From Octopus sinensis (Eukaryota): a DNA stretch of 64,000 nt. The position numbers and the translations under genes are program-made. The stretch lies in assembly GCF_006345805.1 (NCBI RefSeq), contig NC_043017.1, positions 24,614,001-24,678,000 of the forward strand. The letters run 5' to 3'. The notes under the pieces were generated by a model, which made no database searches, had not been told where the DNA came from, and saw nothing but the letters and a program-made list of their open reading frames with translations. This document shows positions 1-12,083 of the stretch, one piece after another. Within the stretch, counting starts at the first letter, position 1, and the number at the start of each line of letters is the position of its first letter.

Positions 1-522
1 GAGTGTCTACAAAACATGTTACTGCGATTAATTCATCAGCAGCAGCATCGGTTTGAGCATCTACTTTTCTCTGCCCACATGGTTTGGACAGAATGGTTTA
101 AGGTAAATTTTATTTATGGCTAGATGCTCTTCCCGCCAGTAATCGTCAACTGTTTCCAAGGTAATATTTCTCCATGGCCAAACATGTTTAGAAGACTGGA
201 ATTGAAGAACACCACTTGTATGACAGTGACACTCATTTACAGCTACCACAGGATGTTATGGCAAGGATTTGGCCAGTCTGGGGTTATAGTAAACACTTGC
301 CTAAGGTGCCAAATAGTTGAACTGAACCTGAAAGCATATAGTTGGGAAGCAAACTTTTTGATCACACAACCATGCCTGTACCTATAACCAAGACTAATAA
401 GGCAAAAAATTGAAGGAACTTGTACGAGACAAAATATAGCAGATTATGGAGTTAAGAAAAATTACTTCTAAACCATACAAATCTGTAAAAGCAAGCAAAG
501 CAAATATAGCCATGAAGAAAAT

Positions 523-592
523 TGCAAGTCCTCATAATTGCAGGATTATCAGCACAAAAGATAATGAAATAGGTTTAAATCATTGGACTGCA
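523..592 (-). ncRNA. SNORD96: Box C/D snoRNA, SNORD96-like (5.8S rRNA Gm75-equivalent guide), in RACK1 intron 3
   Basis: Minus strand reads TGCAGTCC-A-ATGATTT(C box)...GTGCTGA(C')-TAA-TCCTGCAATT-ATGA(D box)-GGACTTGCA. Terminal stem of 8 bp with one bulge. The 10-nt guide is complementary to 5.8S AAUUGCAGGA, and the D-5 base pairs with the G. Confidence 0.85.
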
Positions 593-2086
593 GAAAGAGA
601 ATCCCACCCCACAAAATTTTTTCTGGTTAAAATACGAGTTTGCTATACAGCCTATCTTCACACTCCAAATTTGTCATTTCACAAGACTCACAAATTTTAA
701 ATAGAGGAATTCAGAAAATTAGCAAAATACCTATATGAAATAAATAAAAAAAAAGGTTCTAATTCATATAGGCACAGATGTGGCTGTCTGACACCTCAGG
801 CAAGAGTCTTCTACTATAACCCTGGTGGAAGCTGAAAGATCATAGTATATATGTTTTTTGTCTCCCACCGCTCAACAACTGGTGTTGGTTTGTCTACAAA
901 CCCGTAACTTAGCAGTTCGGCAAAATAGACTGATGAAATAAGTACCAGGCTTCCAAAAATTTGTAAAGTACTTCTGTGGGTGGGTGAGGCAACTAAATCC
1001 TTTCACGGCAGTACCCCAGCATGGTCACATGCAAATGACTGAAACAATAAAATGATCTAGATATTAAGAACCAGGACAGTCTCGGGTGAAATGGTACTAC
1101 CTGATCAAGATCGTTCACATCCAGCTCAACCACATCATCCATCATAATACTGTACAGCATTCAGGAAGTCTGTAGGACAACCAATCTGTGTATGCATAAG
1201 GATGTACCAGTTGTATTTAGCTTTCCAGTAATGCCTTATAAGGCTTACACATGTCAAACAATATCAGTGCTTGTGAGAAGACTAACAAAGTCTTCACAAC
1301 AATGCCTCAAATACATACATCTGTTACAACCACGAGGGCTCAATAAACACAAACAAAACCTAAAATCTAGTCTCCTTCATATACTAATGAAGTAAACATC
1401 ACAACCACAGAAAAAAATGTAAAAAGTTCATTGTGTGAAAGAATGGACTGTTTTCTTCACAGCCCCCCATATCACCAGGATGTTGTAATTGCTACCTAAT
1501 AATTGAAAGTGAATCAGAGCTGTTGTATGGATTCACTGCCTGATAGATTAGTTATCAATCCTTTTAATACTAACCCCTTTGAGACCACCCTTGGGTTAAT
1601 GATACAAACCCATTTTGAAAGTTTTATGTATATATATATCACCCTTTAGCAATCAGATTATTCTGTCAAATGTGATGTTTATACACATTGATTTAAATTA
1701 ATCATGCATTATCTTATGATTGTTTATTTCTAGAATAATATTGTATGGTAAGTGTGAGAAGCCAGATCTAGCCAGGCTGAAGATAAAACAGAGATTATTT
1801 TGGTTAAATGTAGTCAGTTTAAATGTCAAAGGGTTAAATTCCAAATACCAGCTTTTTTTCTTCTCTCTAGTTTCAGCTCAGAGCTGCAGCCATGCTGATG
1901 CACCGCCGTTATAAAAGGTTAAGTCGACGTTGGAGGAATTTGAACTCAGAACGTAAAGCCTGAAGAAATGCCGTTAAACATTTTGCCTAACGTGCTAACA
2001 AATCTGCCGCTAACTCACTTATTGATGACAAAATTATCACATTTCAACAGAAATAGAACAAAAGAACAGGTCAAGTGTTTGTTTTT

Positions 2087-2157
2087 CTGACTCTCAGAAA
2101 TAGGTGTTCTCATTCTACATCAATAGCTAATACAATTTTTTTCCATCATTGAGTCAG
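2087..2157 (-). ncRNA. Box C/D snoRNA in RACK1 intron 3 (candidate 18S guide)
   Basis: Minus strand reads CTGACTC-A-ATGATGG(C)...TGTATTAGCT-A-TTGA(D')-TGTAGA-ATGAGAA(C')-CACCTATTT-CTGA(D)-GAGTCAG. Perfect 7-bp terminal stem with canonical K-turn spacing. The D' guide is complementary to 18S AGCUAAUACA. Confidence 0.8.
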
Positions 2158-2552
2158 ATATAAAGAGTTATGACCTAAGTGATAATAGTTTTAGAGCTTG
2201 TTGAAAACAACACCTGATATTAAAAGCTAAACTGGAAGATGACAATTTCAAATAGAATACAGCATTTAATATGAGAGCAGCAGGAAAATTTAAATAATGG
2301 AATACACCTCATTGATAGGAATAGGTGTGGTAGTGTGGAAAGAGTTTGCTTCCAACTACATGGCTCTAGGTTCAGACCCACTGCATGGCACCTTGGGCAA
2401 AAGTCTTCTACTATAGTCTTGGGGCCAATCAGTCTTTTTGAGTGGATTTAGGCTAATTGTTCAGTAAGGTTATTAAAAAAGTAAATAAAAATTAAGGGGA
2501 GATTAGTAAAAGAAGCAATTCAGTGTTCCTAAACATGAAATCCTCACTCGCA

Positions 2553-2890
2553 AATCTTAGAGGAATTGTGGACTATCATTCAATTAGGAGAAGCTGGAGA
2601 CAACATTCAGTGGTTAGCACAGCGTCAGCTAATTATAAATATGTATACTTGTGAAAATTGCAATTCACCAGTGGCCTTACTACGCGTGGTGATGTCATTG
2701 ATGGGCACGAGATATGTCTCAAGATATTACACACAAGTCTTCTGTCAGCAGTCGAACTACAATTGTGGATTGGTGTAATGTCGTGTTTGGCCCCAACAGA
2801 ATCCCATAGAAATTGGTGGTTTAGATGCTGATGGACAGCCATTGGTTGTAGAAATTGACAAAAGCAAGTTCTTTAATTGTAAGTATCACG
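2553..2890 (+). mobile_element. Degenerate Merlin (IS1016/ISXO2-like) DNA transposase fragment
   Basis: Broken frames give WLAQRQLI..C..C, SRTTIVDWCN (2750-2779) and NPIEIGGLDADGQPLVVEIDKSKFFNCKYH (from 2800), resembling Merlin TIVDW and VEIDESKF..RKY motifs. Confidence 0.7.
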
Positions 2891-3306
2891 TATGGAAACA
2901 AGACATTTGTACTACAGAGCTGGTTTCAGCCGGGTTGGTAACAAAAGGGTTAAGTCATGTATTCCCCTCTTCGGCAAGAAACCAGCTCCCTGTCCATTTA
3001 CCCTACTTTCTTATCCCTAAATACTTATACCGAACTCAGTTGAGAGGGTCTCGTCTTGTGAATACTCGGTGACCTTACCAGTGCCAGTCATGAGAACAGC
3101 ACTTATGGCATTAGGAAAGACATCTAGCTACAGAAACCATGCCAAGGCAGATATCAGAACTTAGGACGTCCCTCTTTTCAACCCATGCCAGCATGGAAAA
3201 AGGGGACATTGAATGACGGTGACAATACACACTCATTTAGTAAGGTGCATGATTATAATACATTTGCATTTGGGTGATGTGAAAGCAAATCAATAGGTCA
3301 ACTCAC

Positions 3307-3454
3307 AGTAATAGTGTATTTGCAAACACCAAGGGTATTCCAAAGTTTGATGGATTTATCACGGGAGCCGGATACAATCTGACGATTGTCACTTGAAAAT
3401 GAAACACTCAAGACATCTCTATTATGGCCAACAAAGCTTCGTGTCATCATGGAT
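3307..3454 (-). CDS. RACK1: RACK1 coding exon 3
   Basis: TTTTATCCAG acceptor, 148 nt, GTGAGT donor; [24 protein letters not shown]. Confidence 0.97.
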
Positions 3455-6308
3455 CTGGATAAAAAAAATGCATATATAGTCAGGGAAGAAAATACAATTT
3501 CCAAACTTGTTTCTTTTGGAGGCTGTAACAAGGGAATTTTATTGAAAGAGAGGAATACTAAAAGCATCCATATACTGGTTCAATTTTTAGTGTATCCTAA
3601 GAGGGTCATTATGCTAATAATAAACACACACTGGTTGTTTCACTTATAATTATAAAGGTGGCAAGCTGGCAAAATGCTTTGAGGTATTTCATGTCTTTAT
3701 GTTCTGAGTTCAAATTCTGCCACAGTCAAGTTTGCCCTTCATCCTTTCAGGATTGACAAGTACTAGTCAAGTTAGGGGTTTGACCAACAACCCACTTCCT
3801 ATTAATTCCAGGCCTTGTGCTATAGTAGAAAGGATTATTATTATTAGCCAACTAGTTAACCACTTAACCATTCAACTAATCAATTTGTTTGATAATTTGG
3901 CTAAGTTTGTCAAAGCCTTTTCATTGCCATTCAAGACCTCATCAATGACATTAGGTAAATGGTTAATAATAACGGTTAAACAGAACCAGTATGTGTGAGC
4001 AAGTGTTCATAACTGCCACACAATAATCCCAATTATAATTATTTAATGACATGCTAGGGTTGATTTCGTTTTATTGCGTCATGAATGAAATGACAAAATA
4101 CATAATTTAGTAAATGTTTACATAAGACTACAGGTTTAAATAAATATTACAAATATAATTATACACCTGATCAAATGAACACTGCACTGAATTTTTTAAA
4201 TACTTGTTTCAGTCATTAGACTGGGGCACTGCCTTGAAGAAATTTAATTGAATGAATCAATCACAGTAGTATCAGTCTCTTTTGCCAAACCTGTTTATGA
4301 GGACATAAACACACCAATACCAGTTGTCAAGCAGTGGTGGGGAACAGATACATACACACACAACAGGTGTCATTCAGTTTCAGTCTACCAAATCCATTAA
4401 GTCTGGTACATATTTTATAGGTTTCTTTTGCTGAACTGCTAAGCCAAACAAACCAACACCAATTTCAAGTAGTATAAACACGTATAGATTTTTTTCAGTT
4501 TCCATCTAGCAAATCCCTTTACAAGACTTTGGTCAACCCAGGGCAATAGTAGACACTTGCCCATGAAGCTCTGCAGTTGCACTGAACCCAGAACCATGTG
4601 ATTGGGAAGCAAACTTCTTACCACACCTGCTTGTTTGTTCTATTTTTAACAAGTTTTCCACCAACTACCTTTAGAAAACAGGTAACGTTATGAACCAGGG
4701 AAATAAGAATTTTTTTTTATATGGTCCAATCTTGCGAAATGCAGCACTAAAAATTTTCCCATCCTTGTTATTAATAAAGCCATTTTTTTTATTGCTTTGA
4801 ATCTACTTACTGATTAAGATCCCAGAGTCGCAGGGTTTTGTCCCAGGAACTCGAAAGAGCAAAATTTCCATCTGATGACATAACCACATCTGACACAAAA
4901 TAGTTGTGTCCCTTCAGGGATTTCTTGGCATAACCATACTGATGCTGTTCATCTTTGGTCAACTGCCACAGAATTAGAGTTTTGTCTATAAAAAGAACAA
5001 TGTGATTAAGTTTTAAGAATTTAATAGGATTACACTCGTACTAGAATAATTAAAACAGTGCAATAAATTGCTTATACTTTTACAATACACAAAATATTAA
5101 AATTTTTTTTATACAATTCCTAATAATACTTCATTATAAAAATATATGACCTTTTTTTTATATACGTCGAATGGTTATGTAGGTCCAGTAAAGTGGGAAT
5201 CAAAGGGGTCCATAGGTACAAAAAAAAAGTTGAGACGATTGATCTAATACAATTGGTTACTGGGATTTCAAGGATGCAAGTGTGAAGAATATTATCAAAA
5301 AGAAGGAATAGGGGGTTAAAAAAATACAGACCAAGTGAAATGAAGATTTATTTTCGTCTAGTGTACCAACTTCTTGCAGTAGAAGTTCGTAAGAGAGAAC
5401 GGATTTATGAAGACACAGGTCACCAATATTTTCCGAGGTCTTCCATTTATTTTAAATCTTACTCTTTATTTCTGAATTCTTCAAACGTAAAAGGCAGAGG
5501 TATACATCAACAAGTTATCAGAATTCAGGTGGTAGCAATTAAAGAAAGCACATCTGCAGGTTGTTCTTAAAACGAACGTCCACGTATAGCAATGGTTTTC
5601 CATCCTACCTCCACCATGATCTTGTATGTAATTTAAATTTACACCGAGCAAAGGTACTTTCAGTAATAACAGTATATCCATAAAATCAACACATACAAAA
5701 TACATTTAGTAGTGAGAACTGTGAAGGCTACGTTATACTCCGAGATGGCATTCATTGACACAAAACCCGGTGCCACGAAATCATAGCAATTAAAATGAGG
5801 GAAGTGAAAAAAAATATGGGACGAGAAGAGTTTCAACAACTTTTCAATGAAAATCGCGATCGTATAACTATCGCAACTTGCTCTATTTAAATTACATAAG
5901 ACTAACATAAAAGTTAAATTCTGTTGGGTTTTACTCTTCAAACGTCTCAAAGATATATTAGAATCCTAAGCAAGATGTGAGAGACCGATTTCGAAGAGGA
6001 TTTCGGCACTGTGTTTTACATATATTTTATACTAAGTATTATGATTGAAATATTTTCCATAGTTAACAAACATGATATACATTGACTCCAGATAAAATAA
6101 ATATGAATCATCAGAAGGAGAAAAGCTATTTAGTATAAGAACGTGTAAATATGCTGATGGCATTTTTTCCATTTTAAGTGATACATGTGTACATCTTACC
6201 TCTTGAAGCAGAAACAATATTATCTTGATTAATTGGGTTAGTAGCGATTTGTGTAACCCATCCACCATGCCCCTTAAGGGTTCCACGTAAGGTCATCTGC
6301 TCAGTCAT
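3307..6308 (-). CDS. RACK1: RACK1 (receptor for activated C kinase 1, WD40 40S ribosomal scaffold), coding exons 1-3; gene continues beyond the left window edge
   Basis: join(6308..6200, 4985..4811, 3454..3307), all GT-AG. Translates to [144 protein letters not shown]. Exon sizes 109/175/148 match vertebrate 109/172/148. Exon 4 was not found in 1-3306. Confidence 0.97.
4811..4985 (-). CDS. RACK1: RACK1 coding exon 2
   Basis: TTTTTATAG acceptor, 175 nt, GTAAGT donor; WD repeat [12 protein letters not shown]. Confidence 0.96.
6200..6308 (-). CDS. RACK1: RACK1 coding exon 1
   Basis: ATG at 6308, 109 nt, donor G|GTAAG at 6199. Confidence 0.97.
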
Positions 6309-7004
6309 ATTTGTTTTAGTTGTTTTCAATCAGGATTCCTAACGATTAAACTCGTAGAGAAAAATAACCTGATCCACGCCAAATGGCTGCCAACAGGAAG
6401 AGACCTAAAAGGTGGAAGATTAATCTGACTTTCGCAACGAATAAATATTAACTTCCGGTTGAACGATAAATTTTTGCTATTTTGACAATTAAGAAATATT
6501 TTTTAAAGAGAAAAAAAATCATTTAAGTATTTTACTGTGTTTATTTTAATAAAGTGAACGTTTTCAAATATTTAGTTGCATTTGTTGCAGAACATTGTGC
6601 AGGCCAACTGTCATGGACACTGGTGCTCGTCTCAGGGAAGCTATACACATACTTGCACCTTTTGTTTTATTATACGTGTCCATATATAAGTAAATATAAA
6701 ACAAAACTCACCATGCTATATGTATTGAACGAGCTTGTATTTTCATTAGCCTTATATTCAAATCTTGTTAATCGTACGAACGTATATTTACGATCTTCTG
6801 ATCAGTCTACAGACATTGACTACCTGTGATTTCCTGGACTTATATTTATTTATCTTCCGTTCAAACGTTAGTTTTAATTCTTAATGTCTAAAATTTTTTA
6901 ACCTCAAATTATTGCAATTTTATTATATTAAGTTTTCTAAAAGAAAAAAACACAAATTTATTATTCTGTTTGTTTACAGTTAAGTTTATCATACATTTTA
7001 AGCC
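6309..7004. promoter_or_regulatory. Putative bidirectional promoter for RACK1 (-) and PP2A-C copy 1 (+)
   Basis: 696 bp separate the divergent ATGs. RACK1 side: TOP/TCT-like CTCTTCC (6402-6396, -), YY1-like GCCATTT (6387-6381, -), ETS/GABP motif ACTTCCGG (6451-6458). Confidence 0.65.
6867..6979 (+). other. Putative 5'-UTR intron of PP2A-C copy 1
   Basis: GTTAGT donor at 6867 and TGTTTACAG acceptor ending at 6979, 25 nt before the ATG; 113 nt, AT-rich. Confidence 0.5.
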
Positions 7005-7109
7005 ATGGTTGACAGCCAGTGCACAGTTAAAGAATTAGATCTATGGATTAAACAGTTATATGAATGTAACCGACTCTCTGAGACTCAAGTGAAAACATTA
7101 TGCGAAAAA
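7005..7109 (+). CDS. PPP2C-like: PP2A-C copy 1 exon 1
   Basis: [35 protein letters not shown], followed by GTAAAT donor. Confidence 0.93.
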
Positions 7110-7408
7110 GTAAATAACTTTTTAAACTTTCGTGCGCACAATAACAATAATAATTTAGTTGTTTGTTGTTCTCCATCATCATACATAAAGGATACATAAA
7201 GCTAAAAAATCTCTAACAAAAAATAATCTTTGAAAAAAATTAATCGAAGTTGGAGACTCGCGATGTAATTTTTTTTTTTTTTTGGCATTTTTCGATAAAG
7301 GTAAAGGAATTATGAAAGTGTTCGGCAATTTCCGTAAAACATTTTTATTTCTTTAATTTATTTTCGGCCGAATCACTTATATTTATGTATTTTTGGTGCA
7401 TGTATATT

Positions 7409-7439
<31 letters not shown>

Positions 7440-10400
7440 TTGAAAATAGAAAAAGAATGATCACAGTTTAATTAATTTTTTTTATTAATATAAATTTTAG
7501 TTCATAGGTCTTGTCTCCAGCGAGTGCTGTATATATACATACATGCACATACGTAAATATACATTCCATAAAGGAAAGACGGACAAATACATAAATATAC
7601 ACACACAAAAATATATATAAACATAGTATTTACACAGGTGGAGGTAAAGAATACGCACACCACTCGTTTTGGGCGTAACAAAATTCCTAACCCTAATCCT
7701 GAACACCGGGTGTGCATATTCTTTACCTTCGCCTTTACACAAATATACATTCACAAAAAAATACATAAACTGAAGAAAAAAAACTTTCTTACGGAAATTG
7801 CCGAATTAACACTTTCATTTTTCCTCTAGCTTTTATCGAAAGAATACCTTTTTCGCTTTTAAATGGAAATATATATTTAAAAAAAAACAAAAAACAGTTT
7901 AACCTACACAAGTGGTCCACTCCATTCCGAACTTTATTTCCTCATAACTTTCAGAAAAATCGATATCTCAGATTATGTGGATTATGATTATATCGGAATT
8001 TAATGCAGGAAAAAAATAATTGGTGTGCGCTCACACGCACATATTGACACATCACTTCAAAATTTCAAGTTTCATTTTGTATGTAAATATATGTATATGT
8101 GTGCGCCCACCAACTTTTTTTTCATGATCGTAATCTACAGCACTTGAAAGGTATTTGTAGAAAATTTCATTTAAAAATATCCATTTTTCTGAAAGTTATG
8201 AGGAAACAAAGTCGAAAGAGCACACTCGTGCAGGTATGTCAAAATATAGTTGATTGAAATACTGAAACGAAATCCAAAATATTGTTTATAAATTTTATTT
8301 TGTGGACATTTTATTTATTTACTTATGCACTTTTTTGAAAATATCTGATGACACTTAAAAAACGTTACATCTGATGATTTTATAAACGTCATTTCTAATC
8401 AAACCTAAGTCGTCTAAATGCTTTTTCTTGTAATATATCATTTTAAAAGGAAAGTATTGCTGACTCATACGTCTTAAAAAATTAAGAATAAAATTTTTAA
8501 TTGAATACTTATAAATTACGTAAACGTTTCTATTTCCTCATTTATATTCATAATTTTAAAATGAAAGCATTCTTATCTCATTTTATCAGTGTTTTTATAC
8601 GTTCCCATTTTTGAGGAATTTACGCCGCGATTCTCCACATTTACCTTACCAACTTCTTATGAGGATTTAAAATATAAGGATATATATACATAAATTATAC
8701 AATATATAAATTAGCGCAGACGAGGTTAGTAGTCAAGGTTGCTTTGGAATCGGGTGGTTCTTGGTTCAAGATCACTGTGTAGTACGTTGACCAAGTGCCC
8801 TCTACTATTGTTTCAGATAAGTACCCAATCAGCAGAATTTGGTAAATAGGAACTGTTTAGAACATCTCCATCCTATATATACATAGTCAAAATCAGCTTT
8901 AATAATTGATGGATAACTTTCAGACTTCTGTGCTTTTGCATTAACTAACATCGGTTTTCACTTATAATATGCTTATTTGTTCAAATTTATCTCTAATCCC
9001 TAAATCAACTAAACAAAAGATACTTCAAAGAAATCAAACTAATAATTTCGTTTTTGGTTACTTTTTTCTTTATTTTTAACTAAATTAAATTTTTTATTAC
9101 ATATATAACATGTATGTATATGATACATATATAATACAAAAGAAAGACAAAGGGGGGAAAAAGAAAAAAAGGGTGAAAGAAATGGAAGAAAAAAGCATTG
9201 ATGCAGCATCAGGTGATTCAATTGGTTACACACCACAAGGTTCAATGGAACCTACTGAAGCAAGTATGCTCACTGCATTACTATGATCCAGTGGTTTTCA
9301 ACCATGGTTCCGCCAGTACAGTCCAGGGGTTCCACAAGAAGTTACAAAACTGCTAAAATCAGCAGTAATTTTTAATTCTCCTGTGCAGATATGTGTGCTT
9401 AAGACTATTAAATTATTGCACAGGGGTTCCCCGAGCCAGTGGAATGTTTCCTTGGGGTTCCTCGAGCCAGTGGAATGTTTCCTTGGGGTTCCGCTCCAGC
9501 AAAAAGTTTGAAAAGCACTGCTATGATCAAGGCATTGGAAAAGCCAAGCACCCTCTTGGGCATCACCTAACATTTTGGTGAGGTGAGCTGCCAATGATGA
9601 CAAGAATTTTGCCACTAGTGTCCCTCCAAATGCCACAGATTGAATGAGATAGTTCACTGTCAGATCCCGATATGTCAGGTTTTTCTTCTGTTCAGCTATG
9701 GAAGAAGAGACCCTCCCATTTACGACAGCATCCAGGATGTGTGAGAGAGCAAACGAGTCAAAGACTGTGGCGTCCCAGATGAGGCACCTACCTCTTACCC
9801 AGGGACAGAGAGTAAGCCATCACTTCTGGATAATCCCAGCTCCAGAACTGAGGAGATATTAATTCGAGCCAAGGCCTGCTTAATGATTAAGTTTAGCTCA
9901 GTGTGATGAGCAAAGCGACCAGCATTTAGGCAGCAAAACAGATTGTGAAGACCTGTGGTGTCGAGGGTCCTACCTCAGCGACATCTCAGTCCCCTGCAGA
10001 CGTCAACTCCCACTCTGAGTGTGATGGTAAGGCAGAGCTCATCAAGACTGAATAAACCTCTAATGTTGGCCACAGGCAGGGCATCAATTCAGTCCTCCAA
10101 GAATTTTGCACTAGCAGAAAGTAGGTGACACCTTGAAAATGGATCAGATTGATCAAGGAGAGAGTTGAAAGTGGTACCTGAATGCAGATTGTCTCATATT
10201 CTCTGCTTCCGTCTCTCCTCAGCACTTGGTACTGCATTGATGTTTTTTTTTCTTACTCTTCTTTCTTTTTTGCTTTTTTTTCTAAATGGTTTTTGTTTAT
10301 TTTATTTTTGAAATGACATATTAGGTTATACTGGGATATATTTTTGCTTTATATATTGTATAATTACATATAAGGGTGCATAAAGCAATGGTAAGAAATT

Positions 10401-10575
10401 AGTTGGATGTTTGTATTTTGTAATGTTACCATGGCGTTAGGCTGAACAATGCCTTGTGAGGGAAATTAGTGGATGGAAACTGCAGAAACCTGATGTATGC
10501 ACATACATATGTTTGTGTGTTTATATATATGTATATATATATATATATCTATGTATATATGTATATGTATGTATG

Positions 10576-10615
<40 letters not shown>

Positions 10616-12051
10616 TTATCGTTCTTTAACGTCTGCCTTCCATGGTAGCATGGATTAGATGGTTTCAAAAGAGCCGGCCAGGCTGAAACCCGCACCAGAC
10701 TTCTGTGACAGTTTTGGCAGGATTTTTACAGCTGGATGCCCATCCTAACACCAGCCTCTATATATAGGCTCAGACATTGCTGTGTGGTCGGGAGCTTGCT
10801 TCCCAACCACATGGTTCTGGGTTCAGTCCCACTGTGTGATACCTTGAGCGAGTATCTTCTCCTATAGCTTCAGGCCAAGTAAAGCCTTGTGAGTGGATTT
10901 GGCAGATAGAAACTGAAAGAAGCCCACCATATATATATTTGTATCTGTGTCTCTCCCAATCACCACTTAACAACTGATGTTGGTACGTTTACATCCCTGT
11001 AACTTAACAGTTCAGCAAGAGAGATCAATATATGTTCCAGTACTTGAAAAAAATAAGTTATGGAGTCAATTCATTTGACTAAAATTCTTCAAGGCAGTGG
11101 GGCCACAAACTAATGACTGAAACAAGCGAAAGATAAAAGATATATCATCATCATTGTTTAACGTCTGCTTTCCATGCTGGCATAGGTTTGACGGTTTGAC
11201 TGAGGACTGATGGCTGCACCAGGCTCCAATCTGATCTGGCAGAACTTCTACAGCTGGATGCCCTTCCTAACGCCAACCACTCTGAGAATGTAGTGGTGCT
11301 TTTACGTGCCACTGGCACAAGGGCCAGTCAGGCAGTACTGGTGACAGCCACACTCAAATGGTGTTTTTTATGTGCCACCTGCACAGGAGCCAGTCTAGCG
11401 GCACTGGCAACGACCTTGCTCGAATGTTGTTTTTCACATGTCACCGGCACAAGTGCCAGTAAGGTGACGCTAGTAACGATCACACTTGAATGGTACTTTT
11501 TATGTGCCACCGGCACGGGAGCCAGCAGCCCTGGCAACGATCACACGCAGATAGTGCTTTTAACATTACACTGGTTGGGTGCCAGTCATGCGATGCTGTC
11601 ATCGGCCACATCAGTGAATTTGATTTTGCTTGTGATTTCACTTGCCTCAACAGGTCTTTGCAAGCAAAGTTTAGTGTCCAGCGAAAGAAAGGTACATATA
11701 AGTAGGCTGGTTACACCACTGGCATAGGCCACAGATTATGGTCTCACTTGGCTTGTCAGGTCTTCTCAAGTACAGCATATTTCCAAAAGTCTTGGTCACA
11801 AGTCATTGCTTTGGTGAGGCCCAATGTTTGAAGGTCATATATATCTTATATATATTAAATGTACAGAAAACAAAAAACAACGACAGGTAAGGTAACAAGT
11901 TGATGTACTAGCTTGATGCTCAGGAAGAATGGAAAAGTCTTTGATATTTTGAGCCTATGCTCTTCAACAGAAAGGGATGAGTGGAAAAAATGGAGAGAGA
12001 CAGGTAAAAAATGTGTTGGGATTAACAGTTTAACATATTGAAATGTGTATG

Positions 12052-12083
<32 letters not shown>

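Noticed and set aside
1100-1200. Minus-strand HTDWLSYRLP resembling RACK1 exon 4 (HxDWVSCVRF)
   Set aside because: Similarity stops after a few residues, a stop follows, and there are no fitting splice sites.
1505-1565. Third C/D snoRNA candidate (TTGATAA...CTGA, -)
   Set aside because: No terminal stem and no recognisable guide.
5350-5450. Two-hairpin-plus-ACA H/ACA snoRNA candidate in RACK1 intron 1 (-)
   Set aside because: No proper ANANNA H box, and no pseudouridylation pocket 14-16 nt from ACA.
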